The notes under the pieces were generated by a model. The model saw only the letters and a program-made list of their open reading frames with translations. It was not told the DNA's origin and made no database searches. Made by a program: the position numbers and the translations under genes. Below, piece after piece: positions 58,301-64,000 of a DNA stretch of 64,000 nucleotides. Each line of letters starts with the position of its first letter. Position 1 is the first letter of the stretch. Origin of the DNA: Scyliorhinus canicula (taxonomy: Eukaryota); assembly GCF_902713615.1 (NCBI RefSeq), contig NW_024055751.1, positions 124,001 through 188,000 on the forward strand, in the 5' to 3' direction.

Positions 58301-59225
58301 GCGCATGCGTGGTGCTCCTGTCCTGTCAGCAGGAGGAGAGGAGAGTAGGAGGAGAGAATGTTGTGAATATCTCTCATGGACTGACAGGGATGGATTCTGC
58401 AAACTCCTTTTACAGGGGGTTGGGATGGCTGGATTTACACACAGAAAACTCAAACCAAGAGAAATGTGTGTCTCTTCTCAGTGTTTAATCTTGGACTGAC
58501 AGTGTGATGATTTCTGTTTACAGGACGTTGGAAGAGCAGAATTTGAAGACAGAAAACACAAACCAAACATCAGATCAAAATGTGACAGTCACTCGATTCA
58601 TCAGAACCGAAATGTAAGTCTGTGGAAAAAAATATTCAAACATCTGTGTGACTGGAAATGGGGATGAGCAATGTCATGGAGAGAACAAGTGAAATGAAAA
58701 TCGCTTATTGTCACAAGTAGGATTCAAATGAAGTTACTGTGAAAAATCCCTAGTCACCACATTCCGGTGCCTGTTCGGGAAGGCTGGTACTGGAATTGAA
58801 CTCGCTCTGCAGGCCTGCCTTGGTCTGCTTTAAAAGCCAGCTATTTAGACCTGTGCTAAACCAGCCCCAGATTTGAAAAGAAAGGTGAGAATTATAAATT
58901 GAGTTGCTGTTTGACCAGGAGCCTGTGTTGATCAATGAGGACAGGGTGATGAGTGAGTGAATGGAAATTAATGTAGAGGCAGAGGCAGCAGAGATTGGGA
59001 TAAACTCAAGCTTGTCACAGGTTGAATGTCGGAGGCTGGTCATGAGTGTGCAGGAATAGTGAAGTCTCGAGGTAATAAAGGAATCGCAAATCTAAGACAG
59101 AATCAAGTCCAGTGATGTGAATGAGACGAAAACTCATTTGAGGAGTTGGCAGAGATTGTGGTCTGAAACTCAGCTGCCGGCTCTGAAGATGTCAAATGGA
59201 CTGAAACGTTAACTCTGTTTCTTTC

Positions 59226-61153
59226 ATCTTCCCAGTACACCCGCAAGGGGGGGGGGGGGGGGGGGGGCAGCACTAAAGGGGCTGCCGTTCAAACAAGCCC
59301 AACATAAATTCCGCTACCTGGGGATCCAAATAGCCCATGACTGGAAAGGGATCCACAAATGGAACCTCACCAGCCTGACGGAGGAAGTTAAAAAGGACCT
59401 GCAAAGATGGAACACACTCCCGCTCTCCCTCACGGGGAGAGTCCAGACGATCAAAATGAACGTACTGCCCAGGTTCCTCTTCCTGTTTAGATCCATTCCG
59501 ATCTACATCCCCAAGGCCTTTTTCAAAGCGCTGGACAAACTTATCATGGCGTTCGTATGGGGGGGTAAAAATGCTAGGATCCCAAAGAAGGTCCTACAAA
59601 AAACAAAATCCAGGGGGGGGCTAGCCCTCCCGAATCTACAATTCTACCACTGGGCGGCAACAGCCGAGCGAGTAAGGGGATGGATCCAGGAGCCAGAAGC
59701 CGAGTGGGTGCGTGCGGAGGAGGCCTCCTGCATGGGAACCTCCCTCCGGGCCCTCGCCACGGCAGCACTCCCATCCCCACCCAAAAAACACTCCAGCAGC
59801 CCAGTGGTGACAGCCACCCTCCAATCCTGGAACCAACTGCGGCAGCAATTTGGCCTGTACAAAATGTCGGACAAGGCTCCCATCTGCAACAACAATAGGT
59901 TCAAACCAGCACTGACTGACGCCACCTTCAAAAGGTGGAGACAGGACGGGGGGACACTGACAGTCAGGGACCTATACACGGACGACAGGATCGCAACACT
60001 GGACGAACTGACAGAGAAATTTCAGCTAGCTGGGGGAACGAGCTACGGTACCTGCAGCTCAAAAACTTCCTACGAAAGGAGACAAGGACGTACCCACAAC
60101 CGCCACGACAGACACTACTGGAAGACCTACTGGGCGCAAGTATCCTAGAGAAAGGGAACTGTAGTGACATGTATGGCCGACTGGTAGATAGGGACGACAC
60201 CGTACTGGACACAACAAGAAGGAAATGGGAGGACGACCTGGGGATGGAGATAGGGTGGGGACTCTGGAGTGAAGCACTGCATAGGGTCAACTCCACCTCC
60301 ACGTGCGCAAGGCTCAGCCTGACGCAACTAAAAGTGGTACATAGAGCCCACTTAACGAGAAACCGTATGAGTAGGTTCTTCCCGGAGGTGGAGGACAGAT
60401 GCGAGTGGTGCCAAAGAGGCCCGGCCAACCACGCCCACATGTTCTGGTCTTGCCCCAGACTTGTGGAGTACTGGACAGCCTTCTTCGAGGCTATGTCCAA
60501 ACTGGTGGGGGTGAGGGTGGAGCCATGCCTGATAGTGGCGGTCTTCGGGGTTTCAGACCAGCCAGATCTATTCCTGGGGAGGAGGGCGGATGCCCTTGCC
60601 TTTGCCTCCCTGATCGCCCGCCGTAGAATCCTGTTTGGCTGGCGGTCAGCAGCACCGCCCAGAGCTGCAGACTGGCTGTCCGACCTCTCGGAATCTCTCC
60701 AAATGGAGAAAATCAAATTCGCCATCTGAGGGTCGGACGACGGCTTCCAGAGAACGTGGGAGCCATTCATGCAACTGTTCCGGGACCTGTTTGTGGCCAA
60801 CGTACAAGAGGAAGAATAGTCGGGTGGCCAAGAATCAGGGGAAAATGGACAGGAATCGGGGGAGGGTAGCCGGGGGGGGGGGTTACGGGCTCGTTATGGA
60901 GGTTTGCTGGCAAGCCAAGGCCCAAAACCAAACTATAAATAAATGCCTATAAACATGTGCCTCGGCCATATTGGGGAATGTAAAATATGTATGCTGGCTA
61001 AAGGGGGCGGCCACAATTGTTGTTATGAAGATGCTTACCTGTAAATATTCATGCTAAATTTTTGTGTTTTCTTTTTTTTTTCTCTCTAATAATTTGTAAT
61101 TTGTCATATATAAAATATGAAAACTCAATAAAAAACATTTATAAAAAAAAACA
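59226..61153 (+). mobile_element. 5'-truncated L1-clade LINE with poly(A) tail and TSD, inserted into a Penelope-like tail
   Basis: SRGGLALPNLQFYHWAA, C-terminal CEWC..HMFWSC; one frameshift near 60030; AATAAA and A-tail; CTGTTTCTTTC at 59215-59225 and 61154-61164. Confidence 0.93.
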
Positions 61154-62413
61154 CTGTTTCTTTCTGCACAGATACTACCAAACCTATTGAGTTTATTCAG
61201 CATTTTCTATTCTTATTCAGCATTTTCTATTTATATATGGAATATGATGCTGTTCACATGCGCCTGCCACCCTGGTCTTTCGAGGTGGTGGAGATTGACG
61301 GTTTGGGAGATTCTGTCAAAGTTCTGGCTGAGTTTTCGATACATACAATCCACTCCCCCATGCTTCTCCCACCTCTCTTTCTTCCCCGATAAAGGCAAGA
61401 ATCTGATAGCACAGTTGTGAGCACAGTTGCTTCACAGCTCCAGGGTCCCAGGTTCGATTCTCGGCTTGGGTCACTGTCTGTCTGAAGTTTGGACTTTCTC
61501 ACTGTGTCTGCTCAGGTTTCCTCCCACAATCCAAAGATGTGCAGGTTAGATGGATTGACCGTGCAAAATTGCCCTTAGTGTCCAAAAAGTTTAAGGGGAT
61601 TACTGGGTTATGGGGATAGGGTGGAGGTGTTGGCTTAGGTAGGGTGCTCTTTCCACGGGCTGGTGCAGACTCGATGGGCTGAATGACCTCCTTCTGCACT
61701 GTAAATTCTATGACTGTATTTTGCTTTTATTTGAGTGAAGTATTTTCCCATGGTTATGAACAGCCTGGGTCAGCCTCGCACTGTTTTCATGGAGAGTTGA
61801 TGGAGTCAGTGGGTCGGGAGTGGAGTTTGTCGTGGGGACTGAAGACAGTGACTGAGATCTTTCCATATTTAAATGGAGGAAATGTCTGTGAATCCGATAC
61901 TGGATGTCAGACAAGTCAGGATGGTGTGACTTGGATTGTATCTGGAATATGATGCTGTTCACATACGCCTGCCACTCTGGTCTTCCAGGTGGTGGAGGTT
62001 GATGGTTTGGGAGATTCTGTCAAAGTTCTGGCTGAGTTTAGATATATACAATCCACTCCCCTATGCTGCTCCCACCTCTCTTCCCCGATAGAGGCGAGTT
62101 GTCTAGCATCGGCCCAGACCACTGGCAGGTTCTCTTCCCTGAAGGATATTAGTGAACTAGTAGAGTTTTACAACAATCCAGCAGTTTTCATGGTCACTTT
62201 TTCCCAGAGCCGGCCCCACAAATGACCAGAATCATTCAGCTCAATTTCACAACCTGCCTTTGTGTTTTTGTGAGTTCTCTCTAACTCCTTTTTCTGTTTT
62301 AAATTAATTTCTCAGGGTATTAGGAGAGCATTTGCAACCAGGAATCTGAAACCAAACATCACATCAGATCCTGACAGTCGCTCAATTTTTCAGAACCTGA
62401 ATATCATCGTATT

Positions 62414-63292
62414 TTGAAGATGGAAATAAAAAGCACAGTTCACAGTGAGGAGAAACCATGGACATGTGAAGACTGTGGGAAGGGATTCATTTACCCATCT
62501 ACACTGGAAACTCATCGACGGACTCACACTGGGGAGAAGCCATTCACCTGCTCCACATGTGGGAAGGGATTCACTCAGTCATCTGATCTGCTGAGACACC
62601 AGCGAGTTCACAGTGGGGAGAGGCCGTTCACCTGCTCTGTGTGTGGGAAGGGATTCACTCAATCATCCAACCTCCTGGCACATCATCAGCGAGTTCACAC
62701 TGGTGAGAGACATTTTAAATGCCCAGACTGCGGAAATGGCTATGTAAATTTCCAGGAACTGGTATACCACCAGCGTGTTCACACTGACGAGAGACCATTC
62801 AGGTGCTCTCACTGCGGGACTGGGTTCAAGAGATCAGCTGCACTCACTATACACCAGCGCACTCATACTGGGGAGAGGCCGTTCACCTGCTCCGAGTGTG
62901 GGAAAGGGTTTAATCAGTCTTCTTCACTCCGAACACACCAGCGGCATCACGCCAATGAAAGGCCGTTCATCTGCTCTGAGTGTGGCAAGGGATTTATAGA
63001 TTCACCCAGCCTGGTGACACACCAGCGAGTTCACACTGTGGAGAGACCATTTAAGTGCCCAGATTGTGGGAAGTGCTATAAAAGTTCTGGGGTTCTGATG
63101 CACCATCAACGTGGTCACACTGATGAGAGACCATTCCGATGCTCTCACTGTGGAACGGGATTCAGGCGATTATTTGAGCTTGTTCTGCACCAGCGCACTC
63201 ACACTGGGGAGAGGCCATTCACCTGCTCAGAGTGTGGGAAGGGATTCAGTCAGTCATCCAATCTACTGAGACACCAGCGAGGTCACAAGTAA
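62414..63292 (+). CDS. C2H2 zinc-finger protein, 10 fingers, open frame
   Basis: 292-aa ORF with ten C-x2-C..H-x3-H units and TGE(K/R)PF linkers; acceptor ttctcAG upstream (about 62315); finger 3 has one extra residue. Confidence 0.9.
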   Translation: MKMEIKSTVHSEEKPWTCEDCGKGFIYPSTLETHRRTHTGEKPFTCSTCGKGFTQSSDLLRHQRVHSGERPFTCSVCGKGFTQSSNLLAHHQRVHTGERHFKCPDCGNGYVNFQELVYHQRVHTDERPFRCSHCGTGFKRSAALTIHQRTHTGERPFTCSECGKGFNQSSSLRTHQRHHANERPFICSECGKGFIDSPSLVTHQRVHTVERPFKCPDCGKCYKSSGVLMHHQRGHTDERPFRCSHCGTGFRRLFELVLHQRTHTGERPFTCSECGKGFSQSSNLLRHQRGHK

Positions 63293-64000
63293 CTACAGTG
63301 ATGGGATCTTGTTGTTAATTACATCCAGGACTGAACCATGTTTTTTTGGGGTCCAGTTATAGGGTTTATATCTGCATAAAGCCAAATAAACCAACTGTGT
63401 GTCAAACAGTGTGTTGAGTCTTTTTCATATCCCAAACATGAATTAGTTCCTTTTGAAGTGTTCTCCCTGTCCCATCTCTGAAATCCTCACCTCCAACAAC
63501 AAGTGTGAGAAGCTGATGGAGCTTCTTTGTGACTGAGATTGAGCCAATCCGATCAGCTGCTTCTGCTGCTTCCCTCCCACTAACCCACCGGGGGCAGACT
63601 TTTGTTTCTGAGCCCTGAACTCACTCCTTTCTCCAGTTTCTCTGCCGTCTTCTCTCGTGCCCTCTCAGTGCTCATCTTGTCCATTAGACCCACCTTCTGC
63701 TGCTTTGACCGTATTCTCACTGAACTACTGATCACCCAACTTCCCCGTGTTCACTGATAATGTCAACTGGTCTCTCTCTCTTCTGGTACTGTCCGTCTCA
63801 CCTTTAAATCCACCGACATCACCCATCTTAAAAAAGGATCTGTCCTCGGCCCCTCCAATTTCCCATCTACAAGCTGCCACTCGGTGACATCATCCAAAAG
63901 CACTGTGTTAGTTTCACATGCACACTGCCAACACCCAGCTAAACTACAAGTTTATATTCCTAATGTCTTGGTTACATTCCATAGATAATATTCTAAAGCT

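Overview
Cartilaginous-fish DNA, probably a Scyliorhinus-like catshark (inferred from HE1-type SINEs and CR1/HER1-type LINEs). 0-12 kb: a T-cell-receptor alpha/delta-type V cluster with two open V genes (leader exon, V exon, 23-class RSS) and at least six V pseudogenes in both orientations. It is interleaved with tRNA pseudogenes and retroelements; no D, J or C segment was found. 12.06-17.62 kb: a ~2.43-kb tandem unit (about 2.4 copies) that cuts off a V gene. The unit carries tRNA-Val(CAC) and two tRNA-Pro isoacceptors that both have an 18-nt intron at the canonical 37/38 site; one tRNA-Pro(UGG) copy looks intact. 17.6-24.4 kb: satellites and a young CR1. 24.7-29.0 kb: a frameshifted two-exon class A GPCR (GPR139/142-like). 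It is followed by minisatellites holding a hammerhead-bearing Penelope-like fold-back insertion that has copied 204 bp of the GPCR exon. 31.7-35.6 kb: a decayed Gypsy LTR element with (TTAGGG)n at its internal deletion. 46.6-63.3 kb: a cluster of C2H2 zinc-finger genes (one open, one truncated, one pseudogene) with NRF1/YY1/CCAAT-type promoters, plus an L1 with target-site duplication (TSD). All coordinates were read by hand; family names for repeats are based on recognised motifs, not database searches.
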